NCBI GenBank assembly: GCA_964419335.1
Contig: CAYQOX010000024.1
Location: forward strand, 1,162 to 65,161
Direction: 5' to 3'
DNA from: an uncultured bacterium
Lineage (GTDB): Bacteria; Hinthialibacterota; Hinthialibacteria; Hinthialibacterales; Hinthialibacteraceae
Length of the DNA stretch: 64,000 bases
This document shows positions 48,837 through 57,802 of this stretch, one piece after another. Numbering within the stretch: the first letter of the stretch is position 1; each line of letters opens with the position of its first letter. Under the pieces are notes generated by a model. It saw only the letters and a program-made list of their open reading frames with translations. It did no database searches and was not told the DNA's origin. The position numbers were made by a program, and so were the translations under genes.

Positions 48837-50042
48837 TTACTTGGCGATAGGCTGTTGCAGGCGCTGCTCGATTTGCTCCAATTCTTCTAAGGTGTTGAAG
48901 CCCATAACATCATAATCGTTAGGAGTGCGCACGCATGAAACCGTATAATGACGCTGGTTCTCATGGGTGACGAGATCATGGACTGCGTCGGTTAGATAGA
49001 GTTCACCCTGGGCGTTGTTGGCTTGTAGTTTCTCTGTAGAAGCGTAATAGGCTTGGTTTTTAAAGAGATAGAGCGAGATGTTCACCAAGTCGCATTGTTC
49101 TTCCACTTCAGCAGCCGTGAGATTCCATTCTTCGTGGATAGTGAATACAGGCTCTGGATCCTTGAGATGCTTGATTGCTTCCTGCTTGGAAACATTCTCT
49201 TTTTCTTCCAATAAATCCCAGAACGACTCTCCCAGGATTTTCTTCAACTTCTTGGGACGGTTCCAGAGCCGCAAAGCGTGTTCCTGAAAGGCATGGCAGG
49301 GAACCGGATCGCTCACCCAATGAAGAAAATCATAGACCAATTGTTTTTGCACGATGTCCGGTTTCTCGATGATCGCGTAGACCCGATTGGCTTCATCGGT
49401 GAGTACCCGCCCTGAATCCGGCCAGGCTTCTTTGGCGGCCGAAGTCAGAGTTAAATCAGGGTGGTGTTTGTCATGGTGGGCTAAAACCACTTGCAATCCC
49501 GCATGGGTGAGAAATTTGTCCCCCATAGTAACAATCACATCGTCGGGGTAATCCATATAACGTAAAAAGCGGGCGGCCAGGCGTCCCGCATGGCCGGTGC
49601 CCATCTGCGCTTCCTGAAACAGGTAGGTGATATTGGGATTGTTTACTCCTAAACAATTCACTACATGAGAATAGCCCGCGCCTACAATAATAACAAAACG
49701 ATCGAGTCCAAAAGAACGAAAGGTCTCCATGGTGCGTTGGATGGCGGGGCAGCCTTGAATCGGCGCCAAGACTTTTTGTTTGAATTGGCTGTTCATGCGT
49801 GAACCTTGTCCTCCCGCCAAGATCACCACGATCGGTTTCTTCTTCTCCGGGAAACGATGGGGTGAGGGAAGAGAGGAGATCGTTTGTAATATTTCTTCCG
49901 GAGTTTGCGGGGTTTCAGGCGCATTGTATGAGGGATCAGGTCTCCAGGCTTTTTTACCGTAGGCGCTGGTAAGGCTCACCGGAACACTTTGGAGAAATTC
50001 GGGATATAAAGTTTCTAAAAATGATTGAAAGTGTGCAGTCAT
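48837..50042 (-). CDS. sugar-phosphate nucleotidyltransferase family protein with C-terminal extension
   Basis: ILAGGQGSRM (GxGxR) NTP_transferase motif. Confidence 0.6.
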   Translation of the reverse strand: MTAHFQSFLETLYPEFLQSVPVSLTSAYGKKAWRPDPSYNAPETPQTPEEILQTISSLPSPHRFPEKKKPIVVILAGGQGSRMNSQFKQKVLAPIQGCPAIQRTMETFRSFGLDRFVIIVGAGYSHVVNCLGVNNPNITYLFQEAQMGTGHAGRLAARFLRYMDYPDDVIVTMGDKFLTHAGLQVVLAHHDKHHPDLTLTSAAKEAWPDSGRVLTDEANRVYAIIEKPDIVQKQLVYDFLHWVSDPVPCHAFQEHALRLWNRPKKLKKILGESFWDLLEEKENVSKQEAIKHLKDPEPVFTIHEEWNLTAAEVEEQCDLVNISLYLFKNQAYYASTEKLQANNAQGELYLTDAVHDLVTHENQRHYTVSCVRTPNDYDVMGFNTLEELEQIEQRLQQPIAK

Positions 50043-50165
50043 GAGATCAATTCTTTTTTATTTTTGTAGTCGGTTCCCCATTTTAGCCATCTCATAAAAA
50101 ACTACTATAAAGAAAAAGCACAATGAAATAAAGTCTTTATACCTCAAAAGTTCCAATGAAATAGT

Positions 50166-50202
50166 AAAAAAAATACCGCACTCTCAACCGTCCTGAGTGC
50201 GG
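50166..50202 (-). terminator. Rho-independent terminator downstream of dnaA
   Basis: Minus strand: ccgcactc-N11-gagtgcgg followed by TATTTTTTTT. Confidence 0.65.
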
Positions 50203-50231
50203 CACCCTGGGCCTTTTACCCCGTTTCGCGT

Positions 50232-51644
50232 CTATTTGAAATTTGTGATCGTGTCGGTAATTTGTTCCATGACCGAGCGTAATTTTTGTTCGGCTTCCAT
50301 TTCTTTCTCAATTTTGTTGTAAGCAAAGAGAACCGTGGTGTGATCTTTGTTCCCGAAAAACGCGCCAATTTCTGGGAAAGAATGCTGGGTTAATTTCCGG
50401 CTGAGGTACATGGCGATTTGCCTAGGACGCGCGATCGAACGCGAACGGTTCTTCCCGATGATATCTGATGGTTTGATGCTGAAATATTCTGCGACTTTTC
50501 GTTGGATTTTCTCAATCGTGACTTCCTTGGTGGGACGGTCGAAGATCTCCCCGAGCACCTTACCCACTGTTTCAACGTTGAGATTCTCATTCGAAAACTT
50601 CGCGTAGGCGGTAATCTTGGCGAGGGCGCCTTCCAACTCACGAATGGAAAAACGCACTTTACTGGCGAGAAATTCCAAAATGTCATCGGGGATGATCATA
50701 TCCTCGGTTTCACATTTTTTCCGTAAAATCGCCATACGCATCTCAAAATCGGGAGGGGTAATATCTACGATCAATCCCCACTCGAAGCGTGAGCGGAGGC
50801 GGTCTTCGATGGTGGGGATATCCTTAGGCGGACGATCGCTGGAAATCACGATTTGTTTGCGGCGGTTATGGAGCGCGTTAAACGTATGGAAGAATTCTTC
50901 CTGGGTAGATTCTTTCCCCGCTAGAAATTGAATATCGTCGATCAGCAAGACATCCACATTACGGAAGGTGGATTGAAACGAGAGGCGGGCGTTGCGCTTA
51001 ATCGCATCGATAAAGACGTTGACGAATTGTTCCGCCGAGAGATAGACCACCCGCTTGGCGGGGTGTAAATACTGCACTTTATTCCCGATCGCCTGCATTA
51101 AGTGGGTTTTTCCCAGTCCGACACCGCCGTAGACAAACAGAGGGTTGTAGGATTGGGCTGGAGCAGCGGCCACCGCTTGAGCGGCCGCATTCGCCATTTT
51201 GTTACATGTTCCAACCACGAAATTGTCAAAAGTATAACTGGCGTTTAATGGTTCAAACTCAAGCAATCCTTCTGTGCTTGTAATGGCTGGGCTGTAGGAA
51301 GGAGCATAAGAACTTGGGGCTTGTGCCTTCACCTCTTCCCCCATCGAGCCGCTGAGTCGAATTTCTACATCCACAATACAATCCAATAATTCAGAAAATA
51401 TATCCGTTAGCAGGGCATGGTAATTCTTTTCGATGTATTCCCTGCGGTACCCGCTGGGGATACCTAGTATGACGTTACCATCTATGTTTTCAAGGACTTG
51501 TGCATCTTCAAACCAATCTTCTAATTCATCTTCCGTGAGTTTATGACGCAGCGCTTCTTGCGCCTTTTCCCAAAGAGAGCGTGTGTTATCCGTGTTCATT
51601 ACATTGGGCATGACTACCATTTTTTCCATAATCCTCCTTCCCAT
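50232..51644 (-). CDS. dnaA: chromosomal replication initiator protein DnaA
   Basis: AAA+ box LFVYGGVGLGKTHLMQAIGN; domain IV IARPRQIAMYLSRKLTQHSFPEIGAFFG.KDHTTVLFAYNKI; true start probably 51628 or 51620 (GGAGGA RBS at 51633-51638). Confidence 0.9.
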   Translation of the reverse strand: MGRRIMEKMVVMPNVMNTDNTRSLWEKAQEALRHKLTEDELEDWFEDAQVLENIDGNVILGIPSGYRREYIEKNYHALLTDIFSELLDCIVDVEIRLSGSMGEEVKAQAPSSYAPSYSPAITSTEGLLEFEPLNASYTFDNFVVGTCNKMANAAAQAVAAAPAQSYNPLFVYGGVGLGKTHLMQAIGNKVQYLHPAKRVVYLSAEQFVNVFIDAIKRNARLSFQSTFRNVDVLLIDDIQFLAGKESTQEEFFHTFNALHNRRKQIVISSDRPPKDIPTIEDRLRSRFEWGLIVDITPPDFEMRMAILRKKCETEDMIIPDDILEFLASKVRFSIRELEGALAKITAYAKFSNENLNVETVGKVLGEIFDRPTKEVTIEKIQRKVAEYFSIKPSDIIGKNRSRSIARPRQIAMYLSRKLTQHSFPEIGAFFGNKDHTTVLFAYNKIEKEMEAEQKLRSVMEQITDTITNFK

Positions 51645-51649
51645 GCTTA

Positions 51650-52610
51650 CAAACTGTAAAACAGTTCACTAGATGGGAGCCAAAAGTTCAATTCATACAA
51701 TGACTTATGCTCAAAATAGAGCAAAAAAAACCATCCCTCCCTCACTCGGTGGTCCTAAGTGAGCCTTGATCCAATCGCATTGTGACCTCTCAGTTAATTC
51801 AGATTGCGGAAATTATAGAGTTTCTCGATCTTTCCTTTTTATTTCTCAAGGTTTTGTTGTTCGTAAATGGATGTCGTAAAGGAGGGCCTTTTTCTATCCC
51901 TTATTCACAAGTTATCCCCTTTATCCACAGGACTATCCACAGGTTATTAACAAAGCCTTGATTTTTATAATCTTATGAATGTGATTCGTTGTTGATATTT
52001 TTAGCATTCTCTTCGTATTCACGCAATGCCTTTTTCACTTTTTCCGATTAAAACAAGGAAATTAAAAAGGCTGTAAATGGTTTAATGAAAGTCTGTTAGC
52101 CCATCAAAAAAAAATTGAAATTTTTTCAGCCGCTTTTGTTTGTTTTTTGTCTTATTCTTTATAAAAAATTGAATTTATTGACTTTAATAGTTTGGAGAAA
52201 TAGAGAACCTTGAATTTACTTGAAAAAGTTAAGAAAAACCAATTAGATAGAATTAATAGGCCTCGGTTAGATTTCTTGCCAAGACTTCTTCTATCTTCTT
52301 AAAAAACAGTCCATTACAAAAGCATTTTGCAAGAAGATTTTACGAATATCCCCAGAAAGGGGCCTCTTTTTTTGTACCTAAGTTCAATAATTCTTGGTCT
52401 ATAACGAGGAAATGCTTGTATTGACCGATGCGATGATGAAACCTCTTTTCGTTCCTGATCGGCTTTATTTATCCACAGATTTGAGATTTTCTCGTTCAAA
52501 AACGCTGGATTTCGGTCAATCCATCGAACCGGGAGGTGCTTTTTCTCCAAATTCCCTTAAACGTTAGTTGGTTAGGAGCCAAAATACAGAGTAAGACATT
52601 TTAGCATTGG
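51650..52610. other. candidate chromosomal replication origin (oriC): DnaA boxes plus AT-rich unwinding region
   Basis: TTATTCACA 51901-51909, TTATCCACA 51921-51929, CTATCCACA 51933-51941, TTATCCACA 52469-52477; long A/T tract 52100-52200; immediately upstream of dnaA. Confidence 0.65.
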
Positions 52611-52619
52611 AGGTAGAAA

Positions 52620-53729
52620 ATGAGAGCCAGCCCCTTGTTCGCGACCCATCAAAAAAAACAGGCGGTATTTTCTCCTTGTGGAGAAGGGACGATTCCTGCT
52701 CATTTTGGCGATGTGCGGCAAGAATATGAGCATGTGCGCCGCCAGGCGGGGTTAATCGATTTATCGCATTGGAGTCTTTTGAGCCTGCGGGGACCGGACA
52801 GGAAAGAGTTTCTTCATGGGATGGTCACCAACGATGTGAAGTCCCTGCCGCTTCATCATGGGAATTATTCCTTAATGCTGACCAAGCAGGGGAAAATCAT
52901 CGCTGAAGCCTGGGTTATCCAGCGGCAGGAGGATTTGCTCCTGATTTCACGGGGAGAGAATAGCCACGAGATTGATCAAAACTTGGATAAGTATCACATT
53001 ATGGAAGATTTAGAAATTTATACCTATGAGCAAGAGTTTGCTTTATTGGCCTTGCAAGGCCCAAAGGCCAGAGAGATTATGAGGCACGGCTTTCGTGATG
53101 GCGAACTGCCGGCCAACGATGGTGGGTATCAGTGCAGTGCGTTTCAAGGCGTGCCCGTGGGGCTGTTTCAAGCAAGTTGCAGCGGCGAGCAAGGCTTCTT
53201 TCTCCTGGTCGAGTCCCGACAGGCCGAGGCTTTAGGGAACCTCTTGCGGGATCATGGAGCCCAGCCCGTGGGCTTGCAGGCGTTGGATAGGCTGCGTATT
53301 GAGACGGGGATTCCCGTCTGGGGACGGGAATTGGATGAGAGCGTCATTCCCCAGGAAGCCTGCCTGTATCACGCGCTGGACTTCTATAAAGGCTGCTATA
53401 TCGGCCAAGAAGTGGTTGCCCGGCTTCAGTATCGCGGGCATGTCAATCGTGAACTGACAGGCTTTCTTTTGCCGGAGAAGGTGGAGTGTGAGGAAGAGAT
53501 CACCTTGCATGCGGAAGGGAAAACCGTCGGCAAGATCACCAGTGTATGCGAATCACCGAGATTAGGCCAAATCGTGGGGTTAGGTTATCTGCGGTGTAAA
53601 GTACGCGAGGAAGGCAAGGAGATTGAAGCGCAGTGCGGAGAGCAGGCTTTTAGGGTGCAAGTGGCGGCCTTGCCGCTGGTTGAGACTCCCCACTCCCCGA
53701 TGATGTTTACCACGGAGAAAAATCGTTAA
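52620..53729 (+). CDS. GcvT/YgfZ-family folate-binding protein (aminomethyltransferase-like)
   Basis: Aminomethyltransferase folate-binding domain pattern (GLIDLSHWSLLSLRGPDRKEFLHGMVTNDV...) and C-terminal barrel. Confidence 0.6.
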   Translation: MRASPLFATHQKKQAVFSPCGEGTIPAHFGDVRQEYEHVRRQAGLIDLSHWSLLSLRGPDRKEFLHGMVTNDVKSLPLHHGNYSLMLTKQGKIIAEAWVIQRQEDLLLISRGENSHEIDQNLDKYHIMEDLEIYTYEQEFALLALQGPKAREIMRHGFRDGELPANDGGYQCSAFQGVPVGLFQASCSGEQGFFLLVESRQAEALGNLLRDHGAQPVGLQALDRLRIETGIPVWGRELDESVIPQEACLYHALDFYKGCYIGQEVVARLQYRGHVNRELTGFLLPEKVECEEEITLHAEGKTVGKITSVCESPRLGQIVGLGYLRCKVREEGKEIEAQCGEQAFRVQVAALPLVETPHSPMMFTTEKNR

Positions 53730-53833
53730 GACGGAAAGAGATGCTCCCAAGCTCTGGCAATTGAATTCGGTGTGGGTTTTCATTACGATTCAGTGAAAAT
53801 CGAATGCCGGTTTTGTAAGGGAAGGGTAGCTTC

Positions 53834-55666
53834 TTGGCCTCCGCTTGGGTATCGCTCGATCAAATCAATACACCCAATCTGCAACGCAATCTTGCCTACC
53901 TGCAAGTGATGGATGGGGATTTGTGCCAACGGCTGCAAACTCAGTATCATGATGAGCCGCTGGAGTTTCAAAATCAAGCGGGTTTTATTCGCTGTCGAGT
54001 GAAAGAGGAGCCTCCCCGGTGGCTGTTAGGGAAAAATCATCTCGAAAGCGAAATTCAAACTATCCGAAAACAAGTTCGGCAACGCGCGGAGGAAGCCAAC
54101 GTAATTTTATTGCTGGGCAATGCTCTGGGCTATGCTTTGGCGGAACTGCTGCCTCTGATCGTGCAGAATCCGGGGCTGCGGGTTTTTGTAGTGGAGCGCT
54201 CTTACGCCCGGCTGCGGGCATGTTTGGCCTTTCTGGATATTCGCGCCGCCTATGAAAGCGGGCGTTTGGCTCTCACGGTGGGAGAACCGAGCACTCGGGG
54301 GGTGATTGAGGCGGTTCGGCCTTTCTCTCCTTGGAGGTTGGAGGAGCCCGCCGTCTATTGTCCCCCTGAAGACGGTTGGAATGAGATTGAAAGTCTTCGG
54401 AAGCAATGGCGGGAAGAAAAGTGTAATTATGTTCACTCTCGGCAATCGGTGATCGAAACGGTTGCTGCCCGTGCTTACCAAGAAGAAATTACCACGCGGG
54501 TGCTTTTGCTTGATTGTTGGCCGGGAGCCCCGGGAGAAGCGCATATACGTGCGATTCAACGAGCGCTGAAGCAGCGGGGAATTGAGGCGCCGGTGATCCC
54601 CTTTAACCGCTATTTGATCGAACGCCACGGGGTGGAATACCGACGGCGCATGGAAGGGAAATTACTGCAGGCGTTTGAAGAGGTGCAGCCGCAATGGGTA
54701 TTGAGTTATGGCTATCATGGGCATCAGTTGGTGGAGCCTGCGTTGATGGAGAAGAGCGGGGCGGTTTGGCTGCAGGTGGTTTCGAACATCGCTTATTTTG
54801 ATACTACCTATAGTCCGATTGAACATAGCGCTTTGATCGAGCGCCGGTTGATTCCTTCTTTTCAAAAACGTGGTGCCGATCATCCTTTTTTTGTTCCATT
54901 AATGGCGGATTATAGCTCGCCGCATCCCCTGCCCACGAATCGGGCGATCCCGATTCTTTTCGTAGGCAATTCGCTGGGACTGCCGCCTTCGGCCGTGAGT
55001 GAGTTTATGCAGCGCTGGCAAGGGCGCGAGGCACTGGTTGCTTATATTCAAAAGGCAGAACAGGAGTTAAGTTCTTTTGACTCCCAGTTGAATTTGTATG
55101 ATTACTTGGAAGATTCGCCTCCGCCGCAGCTGCAGAGTTTGGAAGAAGAATACGCTGTGTTTCGCTATTTACTATGCCAAGCATCCGCCGCGCGACGAAA
55201 AAAACTACTTGAAAAGTTGCTCCCTTGTGGTCTGGTGTTGTATGGCGGTGATTGGGAGAATTATCTCCCATCGGATTCCCCTTTACGTGCTTGTTTGAAA
55301 GGACCGCTTCCTATGCAGGATGAGCCGAAACTATTTTCTTATACGCATATTTTCTTAAATATTCATTCTATTGGTCATGTGACCGGCCCTAATATGCGCT
55401 TTTTTAACGTGGCGGGATTGGGGGGCTTTCAAATCAGCGATGGAAAGCATTTCGGCGAGTATTTACAGCCGGGAGAAGAGACGGTTTTTTATTATTCTGA
55501 AGAAGAATTGCTTGAGCAAGTGCGTTATTATATCGCGCATCCAGAAAAAGCCGAGCGGTTTCGGGACCAAGGGCACGCCCGGGTTAGGCGCGATTGGACC
55601 TATCAAAACTGGCTGGATTGGATCGAAAGAGAATTGTCGATCACGCTGCCCAAAGAGAGATCATGA
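53834..55666 (+). CDS. CgeB-like / DUF3880 family glycosyltransferase, paralog 2
   Basis: C-terminal FLNIHSIGHVTGPNMRFFNVAGLGGFQISD...EELLEQVRYYIAHPEKAERFRDQGHARVRRDWTYQNWL matches the CgeB-family GT pattern; start uncertain (TTG 53834, GTG 53903 or ATG 53906). Confidence 0.6.
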   Translation: MASAWVSLDQINTPNLQRNLAYLQVMDGDLCQRLQTQYHDEPLEFQNQAGFIRCRVKEEPPRWLLGKNHLESEIQTIRKQVRQRAEEANVILLLGNALGYALAELLPLIVQNPGLRVFVVERSYARLRACLAFLDIRAAYESGRLALTVGEPSTRGVIEAVRPFSPWRLEEPAVYCPPEDGWNEIESLRKQWREEKCNYVHSRQSVIETVAARAYQEEITTRVLLLDCWPGAPGEAHIRAIQRALKQRGIEAPVIPFNRYLIERHGVEYRRRMEGKLLQAFEEVQPQWVLSYGYHGHQLVEPALMEKSGAVWLQVVSNIAYFDTTYSPIEHSALIERRLIPSFQKRGADHPFFVPLMADYSSPHPLPTNRAIPILFVGNSLGLPPSAVSEFMQRWQGREALVAYIQKAEQELSSFDSQLNLYDYLEDSPPPQLQSLEEEYAVFRYLLCQASAARRKKLLEKLLPCGLVLYGGDWENYLPSDSPLRACLKGPLPMQDEPKLFSYTHIFLNIHSIGHVTGPNMRFFNVAGLGGFQISDGKHFGEYLQPGEETVFYYSEEELLEQVRYYIAHPEKAERFRDQGHARVRRDWTYQNWLDWIERELSITLPKERS

Positions 55667-57519
55667 ATCAAGAAGATGCACAGCGTTTCCGGGATAATGT
55701 CAAGCTGGCCATGCAAGTTCGCCCTGGGTTATTCGACTCGTGCGAGGCCTTGCTGGGGTTGGCGGACCGGCTGCGGATTGATCGCGAGGGGGAGCGGATT
55801 CTTTGCGTGAGGGCCTTGGAGGAGGGCGGCGAGCAGACCTTGTATGAGAGCGCCTGCGAATCATTGTGTAAAAAACAACAAGCCGCCTTGCAGAACAATC
55901 TAGAGCAAGGGGTGCGTTTTCAAGTGATTGCGGGGCTGGGTATTGGCCATGTAATGGAGAGTGCTCATTCTCTTTTACAGCAATACCCGCGGGGGGCGAT
56001 GGCGCTTTTCGAGACGGATTGGATGCGCTGGGCAGGGTTGTTTGCCTTGTTTGATGTGCGGGAATGGTTGAGTCAAGAACGTCTTTATCTCTTTGCGGGG
56101 GAGAATGCTCCTCAAAACCTGGTGGAGTTTATTACCCAAGAGTATGTTTATCTTTTGCCCACCTCGCAATTCGCGTATGTGCTTGGGCATCTTCCCCGCC
56201 GGGAAGATGAAGCCCAGTTTTATATGCAGAAGGCGCGTCAAACGGCGGAATCGATTGAGCAGGCGCGTCAATCTTTTGATCAATCATTGAACACATTTCT
56301 AACCGCAATGAAAGAGCCGCCGCAGGTTTTTCGTACGGTTTGGAGTTGCGTCTCACGCGAAGCCTATATCCATTTTCCTCTTGCACGAGCCTTTATGGAG
56401 GGGTGGGAAAAACAAGGTTTTCGTTCTCAGCTAGAGCCTTTCGATCATCAGTTTACAACCAATTTTCGAATTGTAGGGCATTTGGTGGAGAGCCGGCCGG
56501 ATGTGTTTTTTTCTATAAATACGTGGCCGGTTGAAATGCTGCTTGATCTTGGTTTTCAGAAAGAGACGGTAGAGTCGATGCCCCATCCGCGGGTGGGGTG
56601 GCTAGTGGATGATACGCGGTTGTACGAGGATGAGTTTTCGCCGGCACCGCTAACCTCGTGGGATTTCATTTTTTGTATTGACCGAACGTACATGGAGACT
56701 ATTCGTCATCCCGCCCAGCAGGTGTATTTCCTTCCTCCCGCGAGTCAGTTTGAGAAGCCGGGGGACTATCGTGAAGAGTTTGCAGCGCCGATTTCGTATG
56801 TGGGATCGTTGCCGGATGTGATGGAGTCCTTGCAGCGATTGCCTGCGGGAGTGAGAGATCTGATTGAGCGGGTGGAGAGAGCGCGGCAAGGAGAGTATCG
56901 GGTTTCGTTTGTGGAGCATTGGCGCAGGTTGGAAGCGAAGGATGAAGAGCGGCTGCTTGGGGTTGCGCGGGAGTTTTGCGCGACGACGCATAAGGGGTTT
57001 ACTAACGAACGCGCCATGCTGGAATATTTTCTTTATAATTGTGCGACCTTTTTGAAACGAAAGCGGATTGTAGAGGCTTTATTGCCTTTGGGGTTAAAGG
57101 TTTTTGGTCCCCAAGCCTGGTTGGATTGGCTTCCTGAAGAATATAAAGAGCGGTATGGGGGATTTGTCGCTTCTCGGGAGTTAGCGGATTGTTATGCTTC
57201 GGCGAAAATAAGTTTGAATATCCACAGTCATCAATGTCCCACTTGTTTGAATCCCCGTGATTTTGATGCCGCGATGGCGGGGAGTGTGGTCTTAGGCGAT
57301 TGGGTGGAAGATATGGAGAGGGATCTCTTCTGTCCAGGGAAGGAGATCTATGCGTTTCATCATGAAGAGGAAGCGGTCGAGAAGGCGCAATGGTTATTGC
57401 ACGATGAAGATCAGTTGGACGCGAGTCAAGAGCGGGTGCGAAGGCGTATCCTGAAAGAGCATCTCTATGAACACCGGGTCCAAAGGGTGTTAGAGAAGAT
57501 CAAAGCCTCCAAAGGATAA
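55663..57519 (+). CDS. CgeB-like / DUF3880 family glycosyltransferase, paralog 3
   Basis: ISLNIHSHQCPTCLNPRDFDAAMAGSVVLGD...EEAVEKAQWLLHDEDQLDASQERVRRRILKEHLYEHRV; ATGA overlap with upstream paralog (ORF 55594 trimmed to ATG 55663). Confidence 0.6.
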   Translation: MNQEDAQRFRDNVKLAMQVRPGLFDSCEALLGLADRLRIDREGERILCVRALEEGGEQTLYESACESLCKKQQAALQNNLEQGVRFQVIAGLGIGHVMESAHSLLQQYPRGAMALFETDWMRWAGLFALFDVREWLSQERLYLFAGENAPQNLVEFITQEYVYLLPTSQFAYVLGHLPRREDEAQFYMQKARQTAESIEQARQSFDQSLNTFLTAMKEPPQVFRTVWSCVSREAYIHFPLARAFMEGWEKQGFRSQLEPFDHQFTTNFRIVGHLVESRPDVFFSINTWPVEMLLDLGFQKETVESMPHPRVGWLVDDTRLYEDEFSPAPLTSWDFIFCIDRTYMETIRHPAQQVYFLPPASQFEKPGDYREEFAAPISYVGSLPDVMESLQRLPAGVRDLIERVERARQGEYRVSFVEHWRRLEAKDEERLLGVAREFCATTHKGFTNERAMLEYFLYNCATFLKRKRIVEALLPLGLKVFGPQAWLDWLPEEYKERYGGFVASRELADCYASAKISLNIHSHQCPTCLNPRDFDAAMAGSVVLGDWVEDMERDLFCPGKEIYAFHHEEEAVEKAQWLLHDEDQLDASQERVRRRILKEHLYEHRVQRVLEKIKASKG

Positions 57520-57550
57520 GGTTGTGCATTTCCTCGGAGGCTTTTTTTAT

Positions 57551-57777
57551 GGATCCTCACGAAAGTGAGCCCTTTTTTTGGAGAACGCCTTGGGGTTGTG
57601 TTCCGCTTGTCTCCGCGCGGCCTTAAGGGCCGCTTGCTACGAAAGCCGCTCCACACAAGCCCCTTCGACGTTTTGGTTCTATTGATTCGGATCGAAAAAA
57701 GGCATGACTTTCATTTATAGAATCATGTCATGTTTCCTTTTCGAGGTCTCAACAAATACTCAACGACAGGAAGAACC
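57551..57777 (-). mobile_element. MITE copy 9 (full length, inverted orientation) flanked by 9-bp TSD TTTTTTTAT (57542-57550 / 57778-57786)
   Basis: Reverse complement of the family consensus including gcggcccttaaggccgcgcgg core; perfect 9-bp direct repeat on both flanks; between convergent genes. Confidence 0.85.
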
Positions 57778-57802
57778 TTTTTTTATTGGTATCAGGCGCT
57801 TT

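Noticed and set aside
1723-57777. Possibility that the ~230-bp repeats form a CRISPR array or are tRNA-derived SINEs (they contain gaatcgaacc, vaguely T-loop-like)
   Set aside because: Repeats are ~230 bp, irregularly spaced by kilobases with genes between, so not CRISPR. No acceptor/anticodon arms or CCA-adjacent structure could be built around the T-loop-like motif.
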